42,263 nt of DNA from a virus. Lineage: Duplodnaviria; Caudoviricetes. Positions 18,358 to 27,495 of the stretch are shown piece by piece (the first letter of the stretch is position 1; the number at the start of each line of letters is the position of its first letter). The position numbers and the translations under genes were made by a program. The stretch is taken from IMG/VR virus record IMGVR_UViG_3300048861_000248, positions 1 to 42,263 of that record; one strand, 5' to 3'. The notes below the pieces were generated by a model. That model worked only from the letters and a program-made list of their open reading frames with translations. It was not told where the DNA came from and did not search any database.

Positions 18358-19607
18358 GCCTCCTTCACGGCGTCAGCGTTCTTCGGGAAGAACCGGTTGT
18401 AGAGCGCGTCCTCGTCGGTGGAGTCGTCAACGCTGCCGCCGTTGCCCTTCGCAACCACCGGGATGGTGTTGCGCTCGAGCTTGTTCAAAACCTCAGCGGT
18501 ACCGTCCTCATCGAGCTCGACGAGGTTGCGGTAATGCTCGAAGCGGCCAGCGGGGATCTTGCCGTCCTCGATCGCCTTGTTCACGATCGCGTCACGACGG
18601 TTCGTCACCTGCTCAGTGCGCGCCTCACGGCCAGCAGCAGCATCAGCAACAAGCTGATCGAACTGAACCTTGTCGACAGGAACGATCCCGTCAGGCAGTG
18701 GCTCAGCCTTAGGCTTAGCGAGACCTTCGATCGCGTTCACGATCTCGTCCTCAGTGGCCTCGGCCGAGAGTCCGAGCCGATCGGTCACCTTCTTGATGTC
18801 GGGCATACGTCCGACCTCCTTATCTTGGGTGGCATCCGGCTCGGCCGGACGATTCTTTGCTTTTGGTGAGTTGGTCAGTGCGGCAACAACACGCTTGAAC
18901 GGCGACTTGCGTTCCTCCCGCGTTGGCATTGCCGGGTTGGGCGCGTGGGAACGGCCTGCGTACGCGAACACGGTCAGGTCGAACCGGTTCTCAACCTGCT
19001 GCGGGTCGTCCTCGTCGTCGCCAGCGATCCGGTCAGCGAGTCCCGCGTCAACGGCTTCCTGCGCGGAATACCACTGCTCGTCCTGCATGACAGTTCGCCA
19101 GTCCTGCGCAGTACCGCCAGCCTTCGCCGCGTACATGCCCGCGATGGTGTCGGACAGCCGGTTCAGCGTGTCCATGCTCTTCGCGTGGTCCGCAGCGTTG
19201 CCCACAGTGATGCCCGCAGCGTCGTGGATCATCAGCTCCGCACCGGGAGCCATCACAACCTCATCCGCCGCAGTAATCAGGAACGACGCAGCAGATGCAG
19301 CGAGCCCATCGACGTACGCCGTGACAGTCGCTGAGGATCGCTGCAGGGCGGCCGTCATCGCCTGCGCACCAAACACCGACCCGCCAGGCGAGTTGACGTA
19401 CAGGTTGATCTGGTCAACGTCGAGCGCGTCAATCGACTGCACGAACTCCTGCGGGTCAAGTCCCCACCACGGGTCGATCGCGTCGTAGACATACACGTCA
19501 GCCGACGTTGAACCGTCCGACGCCTGCGCTTTCGCTTCCACACGGAACCACTCCGGGTTCATCGCCTGCGGGAGCCCAAACGGGTTCCGCTTCTGGTTGC
19601 CGCTCAT
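18354..19607 (-). CDS. ClpP-type prohead protease fused to scaffold
   Basis: NSPGG, GLAASAAS, MIHD and EAVDAGLAD motifs; helical C-terminus. Confidence 0.9.
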   Translation of the reverse strand: MSGNQKRNPFGLPQAMNPEWFRVEAKAQASDGSTSADVYVYDAIDPWWGLDPQEFVQSIDALDVDQINLYVNSPGGSVFGAQAMTAALQRSSATVTAYVDGLAASAASFLITAADEVVMAPGAELMIHDAAGITVGNAADHAKSMDTLNRLSDTIAGMYAAKAGGTAQDWRTVMQDEQWYSAQEAVDAGLADRIAGDDEDDPQQVENRFDLTVFAYAGRSHAPNPAMPTREERKSPFKRVVAALTNSPKAKNRPAEPDATQDKEVGRMPDIKKVTDRLGLSAEATEDEIVNAIEGLAKPKAEPLPDGIVPVDKVQFDQLVADAAAGREARTEQVTNRRDAIVNKAIEDGKIPAGRFEHYRNLVELDEDGTAEVLNKLERNTIPVVAKGNGGSVDDSTDEDALYNRFFPKNADAVKEA

Positions 19608-21007
19608 GCGTCGTTCCCTTCGTCATCGCCGGAACCGTCGTTAGTTCCCGAATCATCGCCAGACGTGTCTGGCGTGCTGCTCGGGTCAGTTCCAGCTGCC
19701 GCAGCCTCGGCATCATCGTTCGCCGCAGTGCGCGCAGTCGACGGGTCCATCGGTGGAAGCCCGTAACTGTTGCGAATGAACGCCTCGAGCGGGTCGTCCA
19801 TCGTCAGAACGCCACCCGTCTTCAGTTGGAACAGGTCCTGAGCGTTCGCGTTGTGCTTCGAACCGATCTCGTCAAACGTCAGGCGTGGGATGCCTGTCCC
19901 CGGCGGGTAGTTCAGCCGCACAATCTCCGCGATCACATCGTTCGTGAAAGCGTCCGCAAACTCCTGCGCCACGGTCTGCAGTGACATCGTGAAGAAGCTC
20001 TCGAACGTGTCACCCAGCGCGTACGAACCCGTGGAATCATCGCCACCGAGGTTCAAGAAGTTCGCGAGAACAGCAGAAGCGATCTGCGCGTCGTAATACC
20101 TGATCGGCACCGAAGCGTCCGGCAGAACGCCAGACACGCCCTCAAAACCGAACTTCGCACCGTTCGGAAGCGCAGCACCAGCGTTATCGCCAGACCGTGC
20201 ACCCCGAGCGAGACGCTCACCAGCCTCACGTTCAACCTTCTGGCGCTCATCCGCCTCTTCACGACTCAAACCCTCAGCAGGCGGCGCATTCGTGTACACC
20301 GGGAAGCCGAGACCGTTACGGTCAACGGTCTGCGCTTGAACACGGAGCAGTCGATCCTTCAGCAGCCAATACTTGTACGCCGGCCGAAGCATGCTCTGGC
20401 CAAGCCAGTTCCCGCCCTCACGGTCGTTGACGTACGCGACAAGCCGTTCAGCCTCCATCGCGACGGATTCCTGACCGAAAATGCCCCACTGGTGAACCAT
20501 CTTCAGTGAGCCATCCGGGTTGACGTCCACCTCGGAGATTGTGCGCGGTGGACGCCACTGCAGATCAGCCAGGTGAGCGACCAAAGCGCCGTTCACGCCA
20601 TCGGGCCGAACGTCGAAAACCTTCTCGAAGTACGAAAACCCGAACACCAGCTTCAGCAGCGCCAGTCGGACATGCTCACCGAACCGGAACGGCGTGTCCT
20701 TCGTCTTCCGACCCGGCCGACCGACAATCGGCAATCCCAAATCATCCGCAATCTGGTTCACCACACGCGCAGGAGCACCAGCCGGGTCAATACGATACGT
20801 CGTCCGACGAATCGGGAGCATGACAGCCCGCAGAACCGACGCAACCTGCGCATCCTGACGACGCATCCGGTCGTAAATCTCAATGTTCCGAGGCCACCGC
20901 AACTCAGGAGACGGCTCATGCTCGTCATACGCCCACCACCACGACGCCGAATCAACGGTGTAACCCTTCGTTCCTGTCGGGACTGGCGTCGTGTTATCGG
21001 CAACCAT
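19604..21007 (-). CDS. Portal protein (DUF935/Mu gp29-like)
   Basis: YDRMRRQDAQV, GQSMLRPAY and GSYALG motifs; follows TerL. Confidence 0.85.
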   Translation of the reverse strand: MVADNTTPVPTGTKGYTVDSASWWWAYDEHEPSPELRWPRNIEIYDRMRRQDAQVASVLRAVMLPIRRTTYRIDPAGAPARVVNQIADDLGLPIVGRPGRKTKDTPFRFGEHVRLALLKLVFGFSYFEKVFDVRPDGVNGALVAHLADLQWRPPRTISEVDVNPDGSLKMVHQWGIFGQESVAMEAERLVAYVNDREGGNWLGQSMLRPAYKYWLLKDRLLRVQAQTVDRNGLGFPVYTNAPPAEGLSREEADERQKVEREAGERLARGARSGDNAGAALPNGAKFGFEGVSGVLPDASVPIRYYDAQIASAVLANFLNLGGDDSTGSYALGDTFESFFTMSLQTVAQEFADAFTNDVIAEIVRLNYPPGTGIPRLTFDEIGSKHNANAQDLFQLKTGGVLTMDDPLEAFIRNSYGLPPMDPSTARTAANDDAEAAAAGTDPSSTPDTSGDDSGTNDGSGDDEGNDA

Positions 21008-21017
21008 TGCGGTCCTC

Positions 21018-22829
21018 TCAGAAAGCGATACTCATCACGTCTCCCGTGATGGATCCGCCCGACTGCCTGCCAGACTCGGCAGACTTGATGGGCGATGGCG
21101 GCAACTGCGGTGGTGCCGGAGTTGCGCGGTGCTGACGATGCAGCCAAACCGCGCCGATGAAAGCGATCAGCGGCGACGCGTCAGAGAACGAGTTGTTCCG
21201 GTCGATGACAAAGCCATCACCCAGCCGTTTCGTCGCAGCAGTGGACGCAGCAGCGTCAAGAATCGGCTGCGGGTTATGGCGAACCGTCACGTCACGCACC
21301 GCATCGAACGCCGTAGCCGTGGCGTCCATCAGTGCACCACCGGACCAGTCCGCGACATCCGGACGGAACGGGTCAGACGGGTCATCAGCCGCCGCCGCAA
21401 GTTCCTTCATCAGCGGCGACACTGGAGCACCGTTCTTCTGCCCCGTCACCGACCGAATCCGGCCAGTTACAGCAGGATCAGACATCAGGAAAGACTTCAC
21501 CCAGTCCGTACCAGCCCGATACGCGACCACACCGGCCTGCTCAATACCATCCGGGCGAGCACCGCACACCGCGATGTACGTCATCGAACGGTTCGTGGAC
21601 ACATCAATGCAGACGTCCAGCTGGCCGACGATCTTGTCGTCAGCACTAGCGACCTGCGTCCCATCCGGCTGGGCGATCGGAGTATTCGTACCCTTCTCCC
21701 AAGCACCAGCCGGGAACGGGCCGTCCAGAATCGTTTCCGCCCACTGGCACAGAACTTCAGTTCGAAAAACCCACTCAGGATCGTTCTGCGCATCCGAAGC
21801 GATCGTGCCGATCCGCATCCGGTACCCAAGCGACGGGTTCGCTTGTGCCCAACCATTACGGTCGAACTTGTCGACACCCGGAGCAGCGGACCATTCAGCG
21901 AGGAACAGAGTGTCCTCGTCAATGTCTAGATCGTCCAGGAAGTATTCGTCGTCCTCAGCGTCCCTCGCGACATCGGCTGCACTCAGACCCAGCGCTTCAT
22001 CCCCGCCAGCAGCCTCAACCAGGCCATCTGGATCATCTAGAGCAGCGTGCGCGATCAGACGGAAGTGCCGCAGCACCACGCTCAGCAGGTCGCCGGCGTT
22101 TGACAAGCCCACAATGAGGCGGTTCAGTTGCGCGTTCGACGTCTTCGTGATCGCTGCCCACGCCTGCCAGTTCTGCTGCTCACGGAGCTCGTCCAGCAGG
22201 ATCAGGTTCCCGCGCATACCACGACCAGCGCGACGGCTCGCAGCCTTCACCACGTACCGTTCACGCGACGTCAGCCGGAACTCTTTCTTGCCGTTGACGC
22301 GGATCTCTTTCGCAACCAACGCCGACAGTTCGTCGTCGTCCTTCAGCGCACTGAGGGTGTCTTCCCACACCTCTTCGGCGGTGCCGAGATCCTGCGCCGT
22401 GCCAAGTACCAGGGGCCAGCCGCGGACGATCATCAGGAACAACGTCAACGCCGAGACGAACGTACTCTTACCGTTCTGGCGGGCTACCAAGATGATGACT
22501 GTCGCGAACCTCAGACGGTCGCTGCCTGGACGCAGCTCGAGCAGATGAATTGCCAACCACCGTTGCCACGGATCCAAGTTCACGCCGAGGATGTCGCGCG
22601 TGAAGTCGATCATCTCGAAACCCCATGACGTTGCTGGGGTCAGCTCACCAAGCGGCGGCGTGAACACTCGAGGAACAGCCGAACCGTACCGGCGACCAGG
22701 GGTTAGGTTCTCCCAACCCGCGTACACATAGTCATCGTGGATCGAACCGTCGCGAGGATCAGCTACCTGAGCTCGCTCGGTGCTTGATGGCCGTGATGCG
22801 CGCGAGCTTGTCTTCCGGGACGCCACCAT
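21018..22829 (-). CDS. terL: Terminase large subunit
   Basis: LDPWQ, VARQNGKS (Walker A), LILLDELRE (Walker B), WAQANPSLG. Confidence 0.93.
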   Translation of the reverse strand: MVASRKTSSRASRPSSTERAQVADPRDGSIHDDYVYAGWENLTPGRRYGSAVPRVFTPPLGELTPATSWGFEMIDFTRDILGVNLDPWQRWLAIHLLELRPGSDRLRFATVIILVARQNGKSTFVSALTLFLMIVRGWPLVLGTAQDLGTAEEVWEDTLSALKDDDELSALVAKEIRVNGKKEFRLTSRERYVVKAASRRAGRGMRGNLILLDELREQQNWQAWAAITKTSNAQLNRLIVGLSNAGDLLSVVLRHFRLIAHAALDDPDGLVEAAGGDEALGLSAADVARDAEDDEYFLDDLDIDEDTLFLAEWSAAPGVDKFDRNGWAQANPSLGYRMRIGTIASDAQNDPEWVFRTEVLCQWAETILDGPFPAGAWEKGTNTPIAQPDGTQVASADDKIVGQLDVCIDVSTNRSMTYIAVCGARPDGIEQAGVVAYRAGTDWVKSFLMSDPAVTGRIRSVTGQKNGAPVSPLMKELAAAADDPSDPFRPDVADWSGGALMDATATAFDAVRDVTVRHNPQPILDAAASTAATKRLGDGFVIDRNNSFSDASPLIAFIGAVWLHRQHRATPAPPQLPPSPIKSAESGRQSGGSITGDVMSIAF

Positions 22830-23157
22830 CGGCTCCCTTCTCGACAGGTTTCGTCTTCGTGATCGCCGCGCGACCTGAAGGCGTCAACCCCAACTGCTCG
22901 CAACCCTTCAAATAAGCACTGATCGACACGTTGTCCGACGTCGGAACAGCAGGCCGAGCGCTCGAATCAGAAGCGTCTTCAATAGCCCACTCAACGATCA
23001 CATCCCAGGCGTCGATCTTCCGCGCCAACGCCAACAGTGCCGACATGGCACCCATATCGATGTCAGTCAGATGGCTAGCAGCCGCAAAAGCCGACTCCGT
23101 AGCTTCGACAAGCGATTTCGGCGGTTTCAGCGCAGAATCGGCAGGTTTCCGAGGCAT
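22759..23157 (-). CDS. terS: Terminase small subunit
   Basis: LARKID...YLKGCEQLGLTP motif; upstream of and overlapping terL. Confidence 0.85.
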   Translation of the reverse strand: MPRKPADSALKPPKSLVEATESAFAAASHLTDIDMGAMSALLALARKIDAWDVIVEWAIEDASDSSARPAVPTSDNVSISAYLKGCEQLGLTPSGRAAITKTKPVEKGADGGVPEDKLARITAIKHRASSGS

Positions 23158-23159
23158 AT

Positions 23160-23520
23160 CGTCGCCTTTCGGAGCTATTCCATAGATTCGCGCGACCCCC
23201 TCCGACCATCCGGGGGGGGAGTTAGCTACCGGCGGCACATTCTGAGAATTTGCTGTGCCGGATTTTTTGGCGTGGGGGGTTGTTTGGTGACGTTTTATGT
23301 GCTTTTTGTACCCCTACACAAGCTAAACGTTTGTATCACATGCCGCAGGGGGGTTAGGAATCGTCAGTTCGAGGTCTGGTCGTCGCGATTTATCTCAACA
23401 ATGTTCGTGACCTCATTGGTCATCGTCATCATTGGTTTCACGTTGCTTCGTGTTCGATGCGATGTGTCAACGTCGTCTCGTCGTTGAGCGACTGGTCGTC
23501 GTGATGTGTCGGTCATCGTC
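23160..23520. other. Non-coding packaging (cos-like) region candidate
   Basis: Lower-GC gap with T and G runs between the HNH gene and terS. Confidence 0.45.
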
Positions 23521-23527
23521 GCTCCTG

Positions 23528-23824
23528 TCAGACGGGTGACACTCCGATGCCTTGTGGTTCACGGTCGCCTGCCTGCCGGTTACATGACATGTGACAAGGT
23601 TTCCAGTTGGATCGAACCCAAGTGAGTTGCGGATACTTCGACCGTGGTTTGACGTGTTGCACAGACAGCGAGTCATCGGTGCCGCGCAATGAGTAGTCGA
23701 TGGTTTGGCCGCAGATCACGCACGGTGTATGCATTGGTCCGTACTGTCGCCGCACCCAAGCAAGAGCTTCTGATGCGCGCCTGCCTGCCCATATGGGGAT
23801 GTCGAGGCCGTTGATGCTGGGCAT
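23528..23824 (-). CDS. Packaging-associated HNH endonuclease (HK97 gp74-like)
   Basis: CxxC...QHVKPR...N..PCH..CN; upstream of terS. Confidence 0.85.
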   Translation of the reverse strand: MPSINGLDIPIWAGRRASEALAWVRRQYGPMHTPCVICGQTIDYSLRGTDDSLSVQHVKPRSKYPQLTWVRSNWKPCHMSCNRQAGDREPQGIGVSPV

Positions 23825-23825
23825 G

Positions 23826-24317
23826 TCAAACAGCCGCCTTCGCGAGGTAGGCGATGGCGTTGGCGAGCGTGTCGATGTTGTCGTTCGCGCGTCCGAGCAT
23901 CACGTTGCATGGGTCACAGATGAGCCCCCGCACATGCCCGCGAACGTGGTCGTGATCGATAACCAGATCGCGATGGCTGCCACAAATATCGCAGTGACCT
24001 GCTGATTGCTGCTCCAGCGCAAGCACTTGGATCTCAGCCAGCCCATACTTGCGCAAAGCTCGCCGGAGGTAGTCGCGGCGTTTTGCAGTAACGCACAATG
24101 TTTGTTCGTATCGTCCGCGTCGTGTGGTCCAAGTAGCAGTTCGGCCACAGGTAATGCATTCTGCGGTGCCCGTTGCGTTGTCGAGCATCGACAACGTATG
24201 CGGCTTAGCATCGGCCGATGCTGCCTGGCAAGTTCCACTGCAGTACTTAGTGCGCCAACCGAAGCACTCGCTTCCACAGTAATGGCATCGCTTGACGGTC
24301 GCGGTAGTCTGTCCCAC
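23826..24317 (-). CDS. Endonuclease VII domain protein
   Basis: KYGL...CDIC...IDHDH..GHVRGLICDPCN.MLG. Confidence 0.9.
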   Translation of the reverse strand: MGQTTATVKRCHYCGSECFGWRTKYCSGTCQAASADAKPHTLSMLDNATGTAECITCGRTATWTTRRGRYEQTLCVTAKRRDYLRRALRKYGLAEIQVLALEQQSAGHCDICGSHRDLVIDHDHVRGHVRGLICDPCNVMLGRANDNIDTLANAIAYLAKAAV

Positions 24318-24462
24318 GTCGATCCTCCAACGATTCGGCTGCCCCGGTCGGTGTTCACAGCACCGCCGGGGCTTTCGTCTTTCAGAATGTCAACGGTAGC
24401 AAAGTGCCACCGGAGTAGCGCATTGGTGCGCGGGTTGGCATCGTCGCCTCCCGCGTTGTGCG

Positions 24463-24627
24463 CTACTTGCTGCGCCAGAACAGTCCTTTGGCGAGTCGCA
24501 GTGTGACGCGGCCTCGGCTGTTGACTGTGAGTGGTCCGAGTCGTTGGCTGACTGATGCGCCTGTCTTGGACAGATTGAGCCAACTGTTGCTGCCGAGTTT
24601 GCGTCGGCTTCGGAAGTAGATCCCCAT
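24463..24627 (-). CDS. Standalone DUF4236-like protein, 54 aa (below the ORF track cutoff)
   Basis: MGIYFRSRRKLGSNSWLNLSKTGASVSQRLGPLTVNSRGRVTLRLAKGLFWRSK. Confidence 0.75.
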   Translation of the reverse strand: MGIYFRSRRKLGSNSWLNLSKTGASVSQRLGPLTVNSRGRVTLRLAKGLFWRSK

Positions 24628-24633
24628 GTGTTT

Positions 24634-24655
24634 AGTATGCGCCTAGTCACTGATA
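24634..24655 (-). promoter_or_regulatory. Leaderless promoter, RecA-NDp-like
   Basis: TATCAG-tgactaggcg-CATACT, 6 nt before the ATG; no SD. Confidence 0.45.
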
Positions 24656-24871
24656 CGCGACAGTCGCTTTACCCAGTTCACTCACGTCTGTGACAGAAAT
24701 CTCGCTGGCGAGTTCGAGCAGCGCATTGACAAGCGGCGTCTTGAAATCAACCACGATCTGACTCGCCTTGGTATCGAACGTTACTGGCACTTCGAACTCC
24801 TGGAGGACAGTGGGTTCAGCGCCAGGAATCGTGATCTGGATGGCGCACTTGATCTGGCTTGTGGATGCCAT
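24647..24871 (-). CDS. Hypothetical protein
   Basis: GGAG RBS before ATG 24871. Confidence 0.6.
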   Translation of the reverse strand: MASTSQIKCAIQITIPGAEPTVLQEFEVPVTFDTKASQIVVDFKTPLVNALLELASEISVTDVSELGKATVAYQ

Positions 24872-24897
24872 GGGGTGAGCTCCATGTGTTGGGTTAG

Positions 24898-25116
24898 TCA
24901 GTCGACGGTGATGCCGAGGTTCTTGAGGAACACGCCGGCTTGGTCTTGATACATGCGAAGCGGCCATGCTTCGGCTACTTGCTCCGTAGTGACGTGCTGC
25001 TCGGGTTTGCCGAGCCGGTCAGCGACACGACTCAGTTGCGCCTCAATGCCGGCCATGAGGTTGAGCATGGCGCGTTCGTAGTTGCTGAGTCCGTCGTCTG
25101 GGTTGTTGTCGCTCAT
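24898..25116 (-). CDS. Hypothetical protein
   Basis: ATGA-coupled to the upstream gene. Confidence 0.65.
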   Translation of the reverse strand: MSDNNPDDGLSNYERAMLNLMAGIEAQLSRVADRLGKPEQHVTTEQVAEAWPLRMYQDQAGVFLKNLGITVD

Positions 25117-25394
25117 GGCCGTTTCTCTTCGATGACGAGGCAGAGTGCGTCCGTGCGGCCCGACATGATGAGCGCACAGAGGCGATGATGCCCATCCAAG
25201 AGCTCGTATCCGTCGCCGCGTGGTTTGACGTGCAGAACACCGAGATCGTCGGTTGCGTTGCGTTTCAGCAGCCGCATGTAGTGGCGTAGGCGTTTCGGGT
25301 AGCGCTGTTGGTATTCGTAGACGCGCAGGTCGGAGAGTGCGATGCGTCGAATGGTGAGTTTGGCGTCGCGTTTAATCACTCGTCGTCGTCCCAT
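25113..25394 (-). CDS. Standalone ParB/Srx N-terminal domain protein
   Basis: YELLDGHHRLCAL motif. Confidence 0.75.
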   Translation of the reverse strand: MGRRRVIKRDAKLTIRRIALSDLRVYEYQQRYPKRLRHYMRLLKRNATDDLGVLHVKPRGDGYELLDGHHRLCALIMSGRTDALCLVIEEKRP

Positions 25395-25510
25395 GGCCGT
25401 GTGCTGTCACGGCAACATGCGTCTGCCGCTGCCTTGCTGCGATAGGCGCATAGACACCAGCCGCATTCGTAGTAGCTGTTGTTGATGGCGTCGCGGATGC
25501 TGTCAGTCAT
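25376..25510 (-). CDS. 44-aa Cys-rich zinc-finger-like protein
   Basis: YECGWC...YRSKAAADACC; GAGGT RBS. Confidence 0.55.
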   Translation of the reverse strand: MTDSIRDAINNSYYECGWCLCAYRSKAAADACCRDSTRPWDDDE

Positions 25511-25679
25511 CGTGTACCTCGAGCCACATTGCACGGATGAAAGCGACCGCTGCGACGAGCGCACATATGCCGGTTCCGATGAGCCACCAGATGCCAACCA
25601 CGAGTGCGGTGAGGTCGCAGATGAGTGCGGCGGTTGTGGCGGCGACTGCGATCTTGTAGTGGATGTTCGTGTCGGTCAT
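25503..25679 (-). CDS. Small 2-TM membrane protein
   Basis: GGAGG RBS; hydrophobic. Confidence 0.65.
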   Translation of the reverse strand: MTDTNIHYKIAVAATTAALICDLTALVVGIWWLIGTGICALVAAVAFIRAMWLEVHDD

Positions 25680-25703
25680 CGCGTTGGCCTCCACTTGGTT
25701 TGG

Positions 25704-25930
25704 TCCCGTCCAAGCTCGGAGCCGCGTTCATATGTTGGCGCGGTGTTCGACTGCTTAGGACCGTGTTCGATCTAGCAGGAACCCGCTTGTCTGTGGTGAG
25801 ACGGCTTGCTGGACGGGAAGCAGGTGGCCGTCGAGTGGGCAGAGGCTTGGTTGAGGCGTTGTGGCTCTAACCATTTGAGCGATGCCCACTCAACGGCTGG
25901 TCCGCATCTCACCCGAAGGGACACGGACGC
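25704..25930 (-). ncRNA. Structured late-leader RNA candidate with a tRNA D-arm
   Basis: cUUCGg-capped hairpin; 15-bp stem enclosing TCGCTCAAATGGTTAGAGC; 9-bp stem closing a multibranch domain. Confidence 0.5.
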
Positions 25931-25932
25931 AT

Positions 25933-25967
25933 AAGAAAAGCCACCGTGCCGTGTTGGCTGGTGGCTT
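25933..25967 (-). terminator. Intrinsic terminator just after the putative late promoter
   Basis: AAGCCACC...GGTGGCTT-TTCTT. Confidence 0.65.
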
Positions 25968-26002
25968 GTTGGTTTTGGGCGCAAGTGTTCTACGCGTCTC
26001 GG

Positions 26003-26031
26003 ATACTACTCGATTTGCTGGCCGTTCGCAT
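26003..26031 (-). promoter_or_regulatory. Putative late promoter
   Basis: ATGCGA-N17-TAGTAT. Confidence 0.4.
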
Positions 26032-26392
26032 CATCTTCCGACTGCGACACGCCCACCTTCTCTACGAATGCCTTGGCTCGCCGCAGAAACTCCCTAGTTT
26101 CCGTCGACTCGCGGCGAATGCGATTGATGTCAGACTTGATGGTGGTCGCCGCATCGCCAAGTTGATCGATCTGCCGTCTAAAGCGCTTCAGATCTTGTTG
26201 ACGTTTGCGAGCATCTTCTCGGAGTGCGCGCTTCCAGACATGCCTGAAGAAGGCATCTCGCTCTTCGTCTGTTCCGAACCGCCCGTAGATCTCACCGTAG
26301 GCGCGGTCTGACAGCTCGCGAATCTGCTGGTCGAGCGCGTGCATCTGCCTCAAGTCGCGCCGGACGCTGGCCACCCATGTTCGAACGCTCAT
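26006..26392 (-). CDS. Hypothetical coiled-coil protein
   Basis: ATGA-coupled ORF. Confidence 0.6.
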   Translation of the reverse strand: MSVRTWVASVRRDLRQMHALDQQIRELSDRAYGEIYGRFGTDEERDAFFRHVWKRALREDARKRQQDLKRFRRQIDQLGDAATTIKSDINRIRRESTETREFLRRAKAFVEKVGVSQSEDDANGQQIE

Positions 26393-27045
26393 GCGTTCAT
26401 CCTCTCATTGAGTTCGTCACGTAGTTCCTCCATCGCCTGAACACCTGTCCATTCGGTTTTGCATCGTTGGCAGATGGTGCGTTCGTCGTGGTAGTCGCCG
26501 TTGTCGTCGACTCGGTATCGGATGATGAGTCGTGCTGGTTGCCGGTCACCGTGCATGTCGACCCATTTGGCGGTTGTGCAGAGCGGGCAGATGCGTCCGG
26601 TGTCGGCTTCTTTGATGCTGCGGTCGAGTCTGCTTCGGATGGTGCGCACCCATCTGCTGAGTTCGCGTTCATGCCACCTGTCGATTTCGTGTTCATGGTT
26701 GGTGGTGTTGTAGGCGGTGTACCACTTGCGGAGTGTTGCGGGCAGGTTGTGTCGGTCGCCTCGGATTCGTTCGAGTTGGCACCATTCGAAGAGTTGGTTT
26801 TGGATGAGGACGAGTTCGTTGAGTGCGTCGGCGTCGAGGATGTTGCGTTCTCGTGCGGATGCTGATTTGGAGCCGGCGTCGTTGCCTGCTGATGGGATTA
26901 CGGCGTCTGCGAGTTGTTGGAGCAGTGGTGGGTGTTCGATGGTGACGGTTCGCAGGTAGGTGCCGTCGTCGGTTGTTTGGGAGATGTGGTCGATGTCGGG
27001 TTTGGTGAGCTCGTCAATGAGGTCGAGCAGCCGGTTATCGTTCAT
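26389..27045 (-). CDS. Actinophage protein with C-terminal Zn ribbon at the early/late boundary (candidate late regulator)
   Basis: GGAGG RBS; HPPLLQQL; CPLC...CQRC; position. Confidence 0.6.
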   Translation of the reverse strand: MNDNRLLDLIDELTKPDIDHISQTTDDGTYLRTVTIEHPPLLQQLADAVIPSAGNDAGSKSASARERNILDADALNELVLIQNQLFEWCQLERIRGDRHNLPATLRKWYTAYNTTNHEHEIDRWHERELSRWVRTIRSRLDRSIKEADTGRICPLCTTAKWVDMHGDRQPARLIIRYRVDDNGDYHDERTICQRCKTEWTGVQAMEELRDELNERMNA

Positions 27046-27233
27046 GCGTCCTCCAGGTTGATTCGCTGTGCGGCGTTCTGAGCGTCTTTCGCATGCCGGT
27101 TGGCGTCTTTGTACGCAGACCACTGGAAACGCCGCCAGAAGCCGACGTAGCCGCATGAGCAGCGTGCTTTGTACGGGCCGTACGTCCAACCAGTGCCGGC
27201 ACTAGAGCTTTGGATCTCCGGCTCGTGCTTCAT
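27042..27233 (-). CDS. Small Zn-binding protein
   Basis: AAGGAG RBS; ARCSCG...H. Confidence 0.6.
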   Translation of the reverse strand: MKHEPEIQSSSAGTGWTYGPYKARCSCGYVGFWRRFQWSAYKDANRHAKDAQNAAQRINLEDA

Positions 27234-27251
27234 GGTTCGCTCCTTCAAGAT

Positions 27252-27290
27252 GAAAGAAGCCCCAGCCGACGTGATGTTGGCTGGGGCTTC
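27252..27290 (-). terminator. Intrinsic terminator
   Basis: GAAGCCCCAGCC...GGCTGGGGCTTC-TTTC. Confidence 0.75.
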
Positions 27291-27309
27291 AGGTGAACGA
27301 GGAGGGCAA

Positions 27310-27495
27310 TCATCGTTCCTCCAGAGTGGTGATGACGGGCACACCGAACTTGACGGTGGTTTGCATTCGCAGCGGGTCGTACCAGACACCGAAGACCTGC
27401 GGATCGTTTCCCCAACGCACGAGTTCGTCTGCGTCCATTGCACGCAGGACGCGATCGGTGACGACCAGCGTGCCAGCCTCCCGCTGCTCGATCAC
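27310..27495 (-). CDS. Hypothetical protein
   Basis: GTGA-coupled ORF. Confidence 0.55.
   Translation of the reverse strand: MIEQREAGTLVVTDRVLRAMDADELVRWGNDPQVFGVWYDPLRMQTTVKFGVPVITTLEER

Noticed and set aside
21157-22548. Long plus-strand ORFs antisense to terL (likewise to the protease, tape measure and holin genes)
   Set aside because: High-GC antisense shadows without motifs
25744-25771. LexA SOS box (two GTGTTCGA half-sites)
   Set aside because: Direct rather than inverted orientation; no TCGAAC-N4-GTTCGA found here
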